NCBI GenBank assembly: GCA_964229335.1 | Contig: CAXRCZ010000006.1 | Coordinates: 1-51,330, forward strand | Source of the DNA: Minisyncoccia bacterium | GTDB taxonomy: Bacteria > Patescibacteriota > Minisyncoccia > Phycocordibacterales > UBA918 | DNA: 51,330 bases | Reading direction: 5' to 3' | Shown here: positions 18,770-28,268 of the stretch, one piece after another | Position numbering within the stretch: position 1 is the stretch's first letter | How the letters are laid out: every line of letters starts with the position of its first letter | Program-made: the position numbers and the translations under genes | Notes under the pieces: model-generated | Database searches by the model: none | What the model saw: the letters and a program-made list of their open reading frames with translations, nothing else | Told to the model about the DNA's origin: nothing

Positions 18770-19268
18770 AGGTTGACTTCAGTTTTTCGAGCGCTCGTTT
18801 GAGACGCATCGAGATGGTGGTTTCGTTCTCGTTGAGAATTCCGGCAATTTCAATTACGTCCAAATTATCTATGTATCTCATCACCAGTACTTCACGGTAT
18901 GAATTCTTGAGTCCATCTAGATACTGCAGTAGTTCTCGATGATTGGCTTCAGCACTTGTATTGGCTGTTTTGTCAATCACATCAAAGCCAGTTTCTTCTA
19001 CCATGGTTTCATACGAGTACGTGCGCTTGTCAGTACGGATTTCGTTTACAAAAGCATTACGTGCTGCTCGATAGAGCCAGGCTCGTTCGTGTGCAATAGT
19101 ATTGCCTTTGGAAACATATTGCCACGCACGCATGAAAACATCCTGTGTGAGCTCTTTGGCTCTATCTCTATCACCTAATCGAAGATATAAGTGGCGAAAT
19201 ATAGCGTCGCCATACTCATCGTACAAGTTTTCAAACCATTGAATCATGTCCTCCATAACAATAGACAC
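18753..19268 (-). CDS. ECF RNA polymerase sigma factor
   Basis: AKELTQDVFMRAW, AWLYRAARN region 2; region 4 HTH (EIAGIL...TISMRLKRA). Confidence 0.93.
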   Translation of the reverse strand: MSIVMEDMIQWFENLYDEYGDAIFRHLYLRLGDRDRAKELTQDVFMRAWQYVSKGNTIAHERAWLYRAARNAFVNEIRTDKRTYSYETMVEETGFDVIDKTANTSAEANHRELLQYLDGLKNSYREVLVMRYIDNLDVIEIAGILNENETTISMRLKRALEKLKSTYESTS

Positions 19269-19495
19269 AGTATGCCTAAAAAACTCACACTTATAAAGGT
19301 GCCTGAGTCAAAAATAAAAAGTGTGAGCTTTGTCATCTATCTGTGTCTAAAGAGGTGCGGGAAGGCCGCAATTGCTCCTCGACAATTGAATATTGAATAA
19401 AATACACACCGAAACAATGTCGAGGATTGTGGTCATTACATATATATCTTAAACAAAACAAAATCTTATAAAAAATAATTAATTAAAAAACAAAA

Positions 19496-21469
19496 ATGAA
19501 TCATTCACTAAAAACCAGCTTGACCGCTGGTACCTTGGCACTGGCAGTTATGACAACTGCATTACCAGTGCCAGCTGCGCACGCTCAGAGTACAACTGAC
19601 TTGCAAGCACAAATCACCGCTCTATTGGCTCAACTGCAACAACTGCAAGCGCAGGCTAACGGGCAATCACAGGTTTCGACGACTATTAATCTAAGTCGAA
19701 ACTTAAGCATGGGCATGACGGGAGCTGATGTTAAGGAATTGCAACGATTCCTCAACAGCGATGCGGCTACCACAGTAGCTCTATCCGGAGTCGGATCAGT
19801 TGGTAACGAGACTACTTACTTTGGACCTGCTACTAAAGCCGCTGTTATTAAATACCAAAACAAATATCGAGCAGAGATTCTCACTCCAGTAGGTCTATCA
19901 CAAGGTACTGGATTTGTAGGTGCTTCGACTCGAGCACACATGAATAGTCGTGGAGGAACTGGTTCACCAACCACTCCAGACAAACCAACTACACCTGATA
20001 ATCCGAGCAACCCATTGCAAGGTGAAGGTGAGCTACGCACCATGAAGCTAGATGAAGCTGATGATGACGAAATCCGCGAAGCGGCAGCCGACTCATCAAT
20101 CGCGGTCATTACCTTGGAGGCAGACAACGGAGATATCATGCTTACCCGTATGGACATCTCACTGGTAGCTGCAAGTGGTAATGACGAGCGCGATCCGTGG
20201 GATGTGTTTGAAGACATCTCAATCTGGATTGATGGCGACAAAATTGCTGATAAAAATATTGACAACCGCAATGACTTTCTTAACCGAAATACCGGTACCA
20301 TTCGTCTTTCGGGTCTAGATATTATTCTTGAAGAAGACGAAGAAGTGGAAGTTATTATTGCTGTTAGTGTGCAAAAGAGCGTCGATGGCGCTGGAAACAA
20401 CGCTGACTGGACCGTGAGTGTTGATAATCTTCGGTACAAGGATGCTGACAATGTAGTCACTACCGATACCACTACTGGTGACCTCAAAGAAAGTGTTGCC
20501 TTTAGTATCGTCGAGCGCGGTGATGGGGAAGAATTGAAGTTTAAAACTCAAGATAATAACCCACAAGAACGAACCGTGGTGGTAGATGACAATAAGCGCA
20601 CCAACAATGTGACGTTGCTTAGCTACAGTATTGAAGCCCTAGGTGGAGACATTGAGCTAGATAAGCTTTATGTCAACATCCAAACTGGTGCTGCTGTGTT
20701 TGATGACGTTGTCTCTGACGTGCGTCTAAAAATCGGCAGCAAAACCTTCAAAAAAGATGACATTGTAACTACTGGTAACTACACTGCCAACAACGTCCTC
20801 GTATCATTCGATATCGATAATAAAGTAACTATCGATGAAGATGAAACAGAAGATGTCACGCTGATTGTTGATTTAAAACCAACTACTCGATACAGCAACG
20901 GTGAAACTATTATCGCCAACATTACTTCAGCTGAGCGAGATATGACCAAGGCTGAAGGTGATGATGATGTAGATTCATTCTCAGGCGCTGTCAACGGTAA
21001 AACTCAAACACTGGTAGCCACTGGAGTCTATGTCCCAACTGAGGGGGTAAAGATGTCAACGAAAACCATTGCCAGAGACGATACCGTCGGTGAGTTCCGT
21101 ATTGAATTCAAAGTCGAAGCGGTAGAAGGTGATTTCTACATCGCCAGCCAAGCTTCAACTTCAAGCTTGTCTAGCCTCGGAGGTGTGCAGTACACCGTAG
21201 ATACCACTTCTGGTACTCCGACCGCTTTGGATGCTACACTTGATTCAACCGCTCGCGAACATTCAGACGGAGTATATGTAGTGCGTGAAGGACGATCTGA
21301 AACCTTTACCTTGACTGTAACAGTAGACGCGTCTGCGGCTGGTAGTCACCGAGTTGCTTTGAATAGCCTATTATTCTCAAGCAACACTGACGGAGTAACA
21401 AACGGAACTACGTACAATATAGTTCCAACCAACCAGTTCCGCACTGGATACCAATTCATTAACAACTAA
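19496..21469 (+). CDS. Large secreted surface protein with peptidoglycan-binding domain
   Basis: Signal peptide (AHA-Q), coiled coil, LSMGMTGADVKELQRFLN...YFGPATKAAV PG-binding motif, acidic beta-rich repeats. Confidence 0.8.
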   Translation: MNHSLKTSLTAGTLALAVMTTALPVPAAHAQSTTDLQAQITALLAQLQQLQAQANGQSQVSTTINLSRNLSMGMTGADVKELQRFLNSDAATTVALSGVGSVGNETTYFGPATKAAVIKYQNKYRAEILTPVGLSQGTGFVGASTRAHMNSRGGTGSPTTPDKPTTPDNPSNPLQGEGELRTMKLDEADDDEIREAAADSSIAVITLEADNGDIMLTRMDISLVAASGNDERDPWDVFEDISIWIDGDKIADKNIDNRNDFLNRNTGTIRLSGLDIILEEDEEVEVIIAVSVQKSVDGAGNNADWTVSVDNLRYKDADNVVTTDTTTGDLKESVAFSIVERGDGEELKFKTQDNNPQERTVVVDDNKRTNNVTLLSYSIEALGGDIELDKLYVNIQTGAAVFDDVVSDVRLKIGSKTFKKDDIVTTGNYTANNVLVSFDIDNKVTIDEDETEDVTLIVDLKPTTRYSNGETIIANITSAERDMTKAEGDDDVDSFSGAVNGKTQTLVATGVYVPTEGVKMSTKTIARDDTVGEFRIEFKVEAVEGDFYIASQASTSSLSSLGGVQYTVDTTSGTPTALDATLDSTAREHSDGVYVVREGRSETFTLTVTVDASAAGSHRVALNSLLFSSNTDGVTNGTTYNIVPTNQFRTGYQFINN

Positions 21470-21473
21470 CGTA

Positions 21474-21510
21474 TATAAAAACACCCTAGCCTTCCTAGGG
21501 TGTTTTTATA
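21474..21510 (+). terminator. Intrinsic terminator
   Basis: AAAAACACCCTAG-CCTTC-CTAGGGTGTTTTT. Confidence 0.8.
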
Positions 21511-21549
21511 TTGAAAAAACAAGCGTAGTCGCTATGCTACTATTTTGGT

Positions 21550-21801
21550 ATGTCAGCTGACTATCGACAGAGTAATCAGTCTAGGTCTAATTCCAGTGGT
21601 TTGACTGGTTGGATTATGCACCACTCTGGTGGTTTGATTAGTACTCCCAGTCAAGCCAACGTTATGTTTGTGGTAATAATTCTAATAGCCTTGGGAATTA
21701 TTTTTTACTTTTTATCTACCACTCAAAATACAGGAGAAATAGTAGCACCAGCTGGAGAAACGGTAGTCTACCCAGCTGACGCACCGCCTCGATTAGAGTA
21801 A
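21550..21801 (+). CDS. Small single-TM hypothetical protein
   Basis: 83-aa ORF, one hydrophobic helix, leaderless-type -10 upstream. Confidence 0.65.
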   Translation: MSADYRQSNQSRSNSSGLTGWIMHHSGGLISTPSQANVMFVVIILIALGIIFYFLSTTQNTGEIVAPAGETVVYPADAPPRLE

Positions 21802-21815
21802 TTCATTTTAATAAT

Positions 21816-22322
21816 ATGAAATCGTCTGGAAATAATATAAAAGGTTTCTCGCTCATCGAGCTTTTGGTAGTGATTGCGATTATAGGTATTTTGGCCAGTA
21901 TCGCGCTCGCGGGACTTAATGAAGCCAGGTCTGTCGCTAGGGATACGTTCCGAGAAGCTTCTTTAAAGCAAATGCAGGTGGCGCTCGAGGCATACCACTC
22001 TGTTCATGGTAACTATCCTAGTACTGGAGGTGCATGGTGGGGAGCGAATCAAAACGGCGGCAGTCGAGGAACCACTGGCCCAAATGGTTATATTCCTTGG
22101 CTGGCTCCAGATTATATTGCTGAGTTGCCACTCGATCCCTCCGGACAAACTGTCGGTTGGTCTGGATTTCTATACATGTCTAACAGCGTTGACTACAAGT
22201 TGTTAAGTCATATCAATGGTCCCGAAAGTTTTCCGGAAGCAGGTGAAGAGTTTTATGATCCCGCACGTCCTACCTGGGCCTGGATGGTGTGTAGTGGAGA
22301 GCCGGCGTGTAGTAGTTGGTAG
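21816..22322 (+). CDS. Type IV pilin / GspG-like prepilin
   Basis: KG|FSLIELLVVIAIIGIL N-methylation motif; LP.DP motif; C-terminal Cys pair. Confidence 0.9.
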   Translation: MKSSGNNIKGFSLIELLVVIAIIGILASIALAGLNEARSVARDTFREASLKQMQVALEAYHSVHGNYPSTGGAWWGANQNGGSRGTTGPNGYIPWLAPDYIAELPLDPSGQTVGWSGFLYMSNSVDYKLLSHINGPESFPEAGEEFYDPARPTWAWMVCSGEPACSSW

Positions 22323-22360
22323 GAGAAATCTTTTCGAGTACATATTATAGTGAAATAAAT

Positions 22361-22882
22361 ATGACTCAGCTCAACAAAGCGTTTTTTAATCGGCCGGGAG
22401 AAGTGGTGGCTAAGGAACTCCTGGGTAAATATGTGGTGCGTAAAAAAGGACAGAAAGTTTGGTCCGATATGATTACTGAAGTCGAACTTTATGACGGATT
22501 TGATGATTTGGCCTCGCATGCCAGCAAGGGTCAGACACAGCGCAATGCGCCGATGTTTGGGCCAGCCGGACATCTATACATTTATCTAATTTATGGCATC
22601 CATTTGATGTTGAATATAACTGTGAGAGAAGAGAATTATCCGAGTGCGATATTAATTCGTGCACTCAAGTCAGTGTCTGGACCGGGTCGGGTAGGGAAGC
22701 GGTTAGAACTTTCATTAGATATCTCAGGTAAAGCAGCGTCAAAAGAAACAGGCATATGGTTTGAGGATAAAGGAGTTGTGGTTAATAAAATCACCAAAAC
22801 GCCTCGCATAGGAGTGGATTACGCTGGCGCTGAATGGAGTCAAAAACCACGACGGTATCTGTTAGAAAAGTGGAGTACCTAA
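22361..22882 (+). CDS. DNA-3-methyladenine glycosylase (MPG/AAG family)
   Basis: VAKELLGK, ITEVELY, MFGPAGHLYIYLIYG, GPG, PRIGV. Confidence 0.92.
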   Translation: MTQLNKAFFNRPGEVVAKELLGKYVVRKKGQKVWSDMITEVELYDGFDDLASHASKGQTQRNAPMFGPAGHLYIYLIYGIHLMLNITVREENYPSAILIRALKSVSGPGRVGKRLELSLDISGKAASKETGIWFEDKGVVVNKITKTPRIGVDYAGAEWSQKPRRYLLEKWST

Positions 22883-22912
22883 ATTAGCTCTTTTCGAGCT
22901 ATACTTACTACT

Positions 22913-23533
22913 ATGAAAAAAACTCATTACGTAGTGCATACTGCCATAATAATTATTGTTGGATACTCTCTTATCTCAGCGACAATTTTGAACAACTGGT
23001 CAACAATGTTTGTGTTGACTCTGACTCTAATATTAAGTTTCTTACCAAACATATTAGAAAATAGATATGAGATAGTTTTATCTAAAGGATTGCGCTTCGG
23101 AATACTATTGTTTTTGTTCGGTACACTTTTTTTGGGAGAGGTAAATCATTATTACGACACATTTTATTGGTGGGATGCAGTGCTGCACTTTTGGGCGGGT
23201 TTTGGTCTTACTTTGCTGGGATTTATCGTTTTGAAAGAAATTTACTCTCAAAGTCAGTTGAAGTCAGTACCACTACTCACTTCTATATTTGGATTTTCCT
23301 TCAGCGCTATGTTGTTAGGTCTATGGGAAGTGTATGAATACATTGCTGATAAGCTTGGATTGCCGGAGAATAAAATGCAACCTAGTCTCGAAGACACCAT
23401 GGTGGATTTGATAGTAGGGTACGTGGCGGGGGCTATAGTAAGTGTTTTTGGGTATAGATATTTGAGACACCGAGAAAAGAACTTCGCAGCGAAAGCGATC
23501 GAAGAAAGCAAGCTACACTTGAACGATAAATAA
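22913..23533 (+). CDS. Integral membrane protein (DUF2238/YjdF-like)
   Basis: Multiple TMs with WWD..LH, WE..E, DTM.DL motifs. Confidence 0.7.
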   Translation: MKKTHYVVHTAIIIIVGYSLISATILNNWSTMFVLTLTLILSFLPNILENRYEIVLSKGLRFGILLFLFGTLFLGEVNHYYDTFYWWDAVLHFWAGFGLTLLGFIVLKEIYSQSQLKSVPLLTSIFGFSFSAMLLGLWEVYEYIADKLGLPENKMQPSLEDTMVDLIVGYVAGAIVSVFGYRYLRHREKNFAAKAIEESKLHLNDK

Positions 23534-23542
23534 AAAATGCCT

Positions 23543-23725
23543 CTACGAGGCATTTTTTGCAAGAGAGACAATTTTCTCTAGCTCCTTGTCATCATCAGGA
23601 AGTGATTGGACCATTACCCACGGCTTGCGATTTTTGGTAATAATTATCGGTGCTTTTGTGTAGTGGACATGGTCCATCACTTCTTGAAAATGTTTTCGGA
23701 CTTCTGCAGTCGATCTAATTTTCAT
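23543..23725 (-). CDS. Phd/YefM family antitoxin-like protein, no adjacent toxin
   Basis: STAEVRKHFQEVMDHV...PIIITKNRKP fits the Phd/YefM fold. Confidence 0.8.
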   Translation of the reverse strand: MKIRSTAEVRKHFQEVMDHVHYTKAPIIITKNRKPWVMVQSLPDDDKELEKIVSLAKNAS

Positions 23726-23774
23726 ATTTTATATTCAGTATTTAATACCGTCAGTATACTAAATAATACATTTT

Positions 23775-23850
23775 CGTACAAGTACCTCTTTTTGTACAAT
23801 TAAACAGAGTATAGAGGCTGGTGATTGTAAAGTTTACAAATTTGTACAAA
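23775..23850. promoter_or_regulatory. TGTACA-core palindromes in divergent promoter region
   Basis: TTGTACAA at 23792-23799, TTTGTACAAA at 23841-23850, variant CGTACA at 23775. Confidence 0.5.
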
Positions 23851-23890
23851 TTTACTACAATATAGTTGTTATAAGATAAGAAATGAAACT

Positions 23891-24142
23891 ATGGGTATAT
23901 TAGCTTGGATTGTATTAGGAGGAATTGCTGGTTGGATTGCATCAATGATTGCTAAAACCAACGCCGAACAAGGAATATTTTTAAACATTGTAGTAGGGAT
24001 AGTCGGAGGACTATTAGGTGGATTTGTCTTTAGTCTTTTTGGAGGAGCTGGAGTGACCGGATTCAACCTCTACAGTCTCCTAGTGGCAGTTGTAGGAGCA
24101 GTAATCTTGCTCTACATCGTGCGACTCGTGAAGCGGGGTTAA
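23891..24142 (+). CDS. GlsB/YeaQ/YmgE family stress-response membrane protein
   Basis: MGILAWIVLGGIAGWIAS...NIVVGIVGG...AVVGAVILL. Confidence 0.92.
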   Translation: MGILAWIVLGGIAGWIASMIAKTNAEQGIFLNIVVGIVGGLLGGFVFSLFGGAGVTGFNLYSLLVAVVGAVILLYIVRLVKRG

Positions 24143-24229
24143 TACAACCTAAAGGAAACACATAACACAACACACTAATTAAGGTGTTGAAGTTTATTCA
24201 ATAAAAAATAAAAAAATACACACATACAT

Positions 24230-24502
24230 ATGACGGATTCACTAACAGAAAACTATTTAGAAAAATGGAATGCAATGCGAGAAGAGTATCTTGCTAAAGC
24301 AGATCGCTTAGAAGCAGAGCAAAAACTCAAAGCAAATGACATGCTAGACAACTTTGGGAAAGAAGTTGAAGCAGCAGGTGAATGGACTGAGGCATCATGG
24401 AATGAGTTTACTGCCAAAGTTGATAAGAACTGGCAAGAATTAGCTATCGACATGCAAACCGACGATGATTCTGAGGATGATACTAACGAAGACGAAGACT
24501 AA
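24230..24502 (+). CDS. Small acidic helical hypothetical protein
   Basis: 90-aa ORF in same-strand run. Confidence 0.65.
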   Translation: MTDSLTENYLEKWNAMREEYLAKADRLEAEQKLKANDMLDNFGKEVEAAGEWTEASWNEFTAKVDKNWQELAIDMQTDDDSEDDTNEDED

Positions 24503-24539
24503 CCTAAGAGTAATCATTTTATTACCCATTAATTAAGTA

Positions 24540-25157
24540 ATGTTTATGTATAAACCAAAAATGTACCAAGAAGGAATCGGTGCGATGGGAGCCATTATTA
24601 TCGCCGCAGTGGTAATAATCGGTGGAGTAGCTGCCGTTGAAATCTATCAAAGCAATACTGCCGAAGTTGAGATGAGCGAAGCAGAGATGCAGGAGCAAAT
24701 CAATGATGCAAAAGCTGAGGCTGAATCTAGCCTACTATCGCTACGCAGCAGTTTGGCCACTGGGGTATCAACCAATGTTGACGCTACTCTAGACGCTATT
24801 GCTGATGTGAGAGCAGAACTAAACGAAGCCTATGCTAACGCTAATGCCGAAGCTCGAGCAGAATTAGATAGTCTTAATATGATGTTTGCACAGCTAGAAG
24901 CTGAAGTGCGAAGTGGTTCAGACCAAGCACTTGATACAGCAGCTTCGCTTGTGACTGAGTTGGGTGGAGAAGCTGAAGCTATGCTTGACGCAAGAGTCGA
25001 TAGCGATATGGACGCATCAATGGATGGTGAAATGAACGGCATGATGGACGAAGATGACAATTCATCAACCACTATGGATGCTGACGCTGACGTTGAAGCG
25101 AACACTACAGAAGGTTCAGCTAGTATGACAGGTTCTGCTGAATTGAGAGTGGAATAG
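24540..25157 (+). CDS. Membrane-anchored acidic helical protein, possible class III (prepilin-like) signal
   Basis: QEG|IGAMGAIIIAAVVIIGG N-terminus; terminator follows. Confidence 0.65.
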   Translation: MFMYKPKMYQEGIGAMGAIIIAAVVIIGGVAAVEIYQSNTAEVEMSEAEMQEQINDAKAEAESSLLSLRSSLATGVSTNVDATLDAIADVRAELNEAYANANAEARAELDSLNMMFAQLEAEVRSGSDQALDTAASLVTELGGEAEAMLDARVDSDMDASMDGEMNGMMDEDDNSSTTMDADADVEANTTEGSASMTGSAELRVE

Positions 25158-25169
25158 TTACGTACACCA

Positions 25170-25210
25170 ATATAAAAACTGCGCGGTACTTACCGCGCAG
25201 TTTTTATATT
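25170..25210 (+). terminator. Intrinsic terminator
   Basis: TATAAAAACTGCGCGGTA...TACCGCGCAGTTTTTATA. Confidence 0.8.
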
Positions 25211-25237
25211 GTCTGATTTGAGTGCTACAATGGCGAC

Positions 25238-25756
25238 ATGAGATTTTCTGAAGAAAAATTACAAGTCTTAGAGACAGTCGATCGCGCTTTTGATCTTGGT
25301 ACAAAAGAAAATTATATTCTCAATCAATTTCTCTTATACTTTAACCTGCTGTTGGTACTTTTTTTGGTGGCCGACTTGATTGAGTATCGTGGATACTTTG
25401 TAGGTGAAGAAGGGTTCCATAGTTTGGTAAGAAATACTGAGATAATTTTTGGAATGGTGTTCTTGATGGAGTTCACACTACGCTCGGTGTTTGTGTACAT
25501 TCCAGATAAAAAATTCTTTTCCTCCTATTCGCTCCTTAACATGGCAGTTATTGTATCTTTGCTAGCTCCGCAATTTATCGGCAACCTGGCAATATTGCGC
25601 TTAATCCAGCTATTTAAAATCTACAAGGTCTATAAACTAAACAAAGACAGCAAAAGCTACCATGTAGATATGAAGCAGGTGATTAAAAAGGTGGCGGAAC
25701 CATTGTCTCCAACCAACATTAGTGCGCGAGTGCGACGCAATAAAGCTGACAATTAG
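25238..25756 (+). CDS. Ion-transport (voltage-sensor-like S1-S4) membrane protein without pore domain
   Basis: E..FGMVFLMEFTLR (S2-like) and LAILRLIQLFKIYKVYK (S4-like). Confidence 0.6.
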   Translation: MRFSEEKLQVLETVDRAFDLGTKENYILNQFLLYFNLLLVLFLVADLIEYRGYFVGEEGFHSLVRNTEIIFGMVFLMEFTLRSVFVYIPDKKFFSSYSLLNMAVIVSLLAPQFIGNLAILRLIQLFKIYKVYKLNKDSKSYHVDMKQVIKKVAEPLSPTNISARVRRNKADN

Positions 25757-26330
25757 TAGGTAATACATCATTAAGTACAGCCGCAGCTTCTCTTAGAGTA
25801 GTTCCGGTAGTAACCACATCATCAACTAGTAAGACGGTGCTGCCAATAGGGATTTTTTGTAGCTTTGATTCATTCACCGCAAATGAGTCTGAGAGATTAC
25901 GTAGTCTTGCTGACTTGTTTAAGCTGGTTTGGGGTGGGGTGTCTTTGGCTCGCTTAAGAAGCATTATTGAACGCTCTGCCGAACTACATTGGCGAATGAT
26001 TTCTACCACTTGGTTATAGCCACGCTGCCGCTGCCGAGCAGTGCTAAGAGGAATAGGGACCAGGAGCACCTTATCGGCGGCTAAGCTTTCAATAAAACTA
26101 TCTAAAAAGGTGGCCAGATACTTAGCCGCCCGGCGATTTTGATAATACTTATTTTCAACTATAAGAGCTTGAATTACTGAATCTTGGTAGGAGGTTAAGG
26201 TAAATACTCCTTCGCTCGTCTGGCTGATATGTAAATGTGAAGACATTCGTTCCTCTACAGCACGAATTAACTGCTGGCTTTGCCGCGGCGGAAAAACTAT
26301 ATCGATAAGTGAGATAATTATGTTCATCAT
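25719..26330 (-). CDS. comF: ComF family competence protein (PRTase domain)
   Basis: VPIPLS..RQRQRGYNQ, VLLVDDVVTTGTTL; divergent from pilM. Confidence 0.9.
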   Translation of the reverse strand: MMNIIISLIDIVFPPRQSQQLIRAVEERMSSHLHISQTSEGVFTLTSYQDSVIQALIVENKYYQNRRAAKYLATFLDSFIESLAADKVLLVPIPLSTARQRQRGYNQVVEIIRQCSSAERSIMLLKRAKDTPPQTSLNKSARLRNLSDSFAVNESKLQKIPIGSTVLLVDDVVTTGTTLREAAAVLNDVLPTNCQLYCVALAH

Positions 26331-26374
26331 GGCAGTAGCAAATGTACTACCCATGCTACTATAATGGGTGTTCA

Positions 26375-27466
26375 ATGGGTATGAAATTTAGTTTTTTATC
26401 AAACCTCACACAACAATCTTCATCCACGTATAAGGTGGTAGGAGTTGATATTGGCTCTTCTTCAATTAAAGTTGTTGAGCTACATGATAAAGAGGGGATA
26501 CTAACCCTCGCGACCTATGGGGAGCTCCAGCTTGGTCCGTATGCTGATAAGTCTATCGGCGAATCAGTAACTGTTTCAGCTAAACAAGAGCAAGCAGCCT
26601 TAATCGATATACTCCGAGAGTCTGCGGTGAGTGCCAAAGAGGCTGTGTTTGCAATGCCGTTGTCATCTAGCTTTGTTACCAACGTCAGTTTGGTAGCAGA
26701 ACCTGACGCAGATCTTTCCCCGCTGGTTAGAATTGAAGCTCGAAAAGTCATCCCTGCATCACTGAGTGAGGTTACTCTGGACTGGGCAGAAGTTAGCAAC
26801 CCAACCGCTAATCGAGATAAGAGCAGCAATGCTACCCATAAAATTTTAATTGCAGCGATTCAAAACAACGCGCTCGAACGCTTCAAGACACTGATGAAAT
26901 TTGCCGGACTAAACGAACCGCCAACCGAAATAGAGTGTTTTAGTACCGTACGGAGTTTGTATCGCCGGTCAGATAGTCAGGTAGCAATTATTGATATTGG
27001 CTCAGTTTCAACCAAACTATTTATAGCGAATCAAGGATCATTGATGCGAATGCATCGAGTGCGCGCTGGTGGTTCCTATATAACAGAAGAAATTTCTAAA
27101 GAATTAAAATTATCTTTTGAAGAAGCGGAGCTAAAAAAACAGACTATTGGCAAAAGTGATACTGACCATGCAACTATCAAAAAAATTCACACCAGCCATT
27201 ACGAAAGACCACTGCGTGAATTTAAACAAGTGATAGCCGAATACGAAAAGAATAACGATTGTAAAATAGAACGAGTTTACCTCTCCGGTGGTGGGGCAGT
27301 GTTTGAGAGCGTATTGCAACAAGTCTCCCAGTCGCTCGAGCAAGATGTTTTGTTAGCCGATCCCTTTAGAAAAGTTGCTTATCCAGCGTTTATGGAGGAT
27401 ACTCTTCATAAGATTGGGCCATCATTTACGGTAGCGCTCGGAGCCGCGTTACGACAGTTTGAATAA
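26375..27466 (+). CDS. pilM: Type IV pilus assembly protein PilM
   Basis: VGVDIGSSSIKVVEL, IIDIG, YLSGGG, VALGAALR actin-like ATPase motifs. Confidence 0.93.
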   Translation: MGMKFSFLSNLTQQSSSTYKVVGVDIGSSSIKVVELHDKEGILTLATYGELQLGPYADKSIGESVTVSAKQEQAALIDILRESAVSAKEAVFAMPLSSSFVTNVSLVAEPDADLSPLVRIEARKVIPASLSEVTLDWAEVSNPTANRDKSSNATHKILIAAIQNNALERFKTLMKFAGLNEPPTEIECFSTVRSLYRRSDSQVAIIDIGSVSTKLFIANQGSLMRMHRVRAGGSYITEEISKELKLSFEEAELKKQTIGKSDTDHATIKKIHTSHYERPLREFKQVIAEYEKNNDCKIERVYLSGGGAVFESVLQQVSQSLEQDVLLADPFRKVAYPAFMEDTLHKIGPSFTVALGAALRQFE

Positions 27467-27524
27467 TTTCTCCACAGTGCCATACCGACTGGCAAAGGCC
27501 AGAGCGTATAATTGATAAGTAGAT

Positions 27525-28268
27525 ATGGCTGAAGAAAATAATAATTCTTTTATACCTAAGCGAGGTCCGTCTCGCCGATCCCGCTCAGTTCCTGCACGTC
27601 AGGTTTACGTTTTCTCATTGGTGAGCTATGTAGTATTCGGGGCAACCTTGGTAGCGGCTGGTGGGCTATTTTTGTACCACCAATACATCGACCGACAAAT
27701 GGATACCTCGGTATCTGAATTAAACTCTGCTATTGCCAACTTCAGTGAGGAAGAAATGGATCAGGTGCGAGAATTCAACGCTCGACTCATTCATGCAGAG
27801 AATCGTCTAAACGCCAGTGTTTCTATAGTAGACATGTTGCTGAGTCTCGAAGACTCGACAGCTAACAGTAGTGAATTTTCTCAATTGACTCTAGAGAGAT
27901 TCGGTGATGAATCTCTCACGGTGGCCACGGCTATTAGTAGCGACTCTTTTGACTCAGCTGCATTTCAACGAGAATTGTTTGCTAACAACACTATAATTGG
28001 AGACGTCACAGTCGACGAGATAACCATCGCGCAAGCGAGTGAGTTGAGCGCGGCAGACACTATTAGCTTTACTGCGGTATTAGACATTCCTTTGACAGCG
28101 ATACCGTACACTGTGCTCATTGACTCGCTACCGCCAGCCACCAGTACCTCAACTCCAGATGAGACAGAAACCAGCACCAGTACCAGTGCCAGCACAGCCA
28201 CTACCACACTTCCAGCAACTGAAGAAGAGGGAGGTATTGCTACGAGCACTAATGACACCAGCCTATGA
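27525..28268 (+). CDS. PilN-like protein
   Basis: SFIPK N-terminus, single TM, coiled coil; follows pilM; Thr/Ser-rich tail. Confidence 0.65.
   Translation: MAEENNNSFIPKRGPSRRSRSVPARQVYVFSLVSYVVFGATLVAAGGLFLYHQYIDRQMDTSVSELNSAIANFSEEEMDQVREFNARLIHAENRLNASVSIVDMLLSLEDSTANSSEFSQLTLERFGDESLTVATAISSDSFDSAAFQRELFANNTIIGDVTVDEITIAQASELSAADTISFTAVLDIPLTAIPYTVLIDSLPPATSTSTPDETETSTSTSASTATTTLPATEEEGGIATSTNDTSL

Noticed and set aside
28130-28260. ACCAGC/ACCAGT repeats in the pilN-like gene
   Set aside because: Thr/Ser low-complexity linker coding, not a repeat element.
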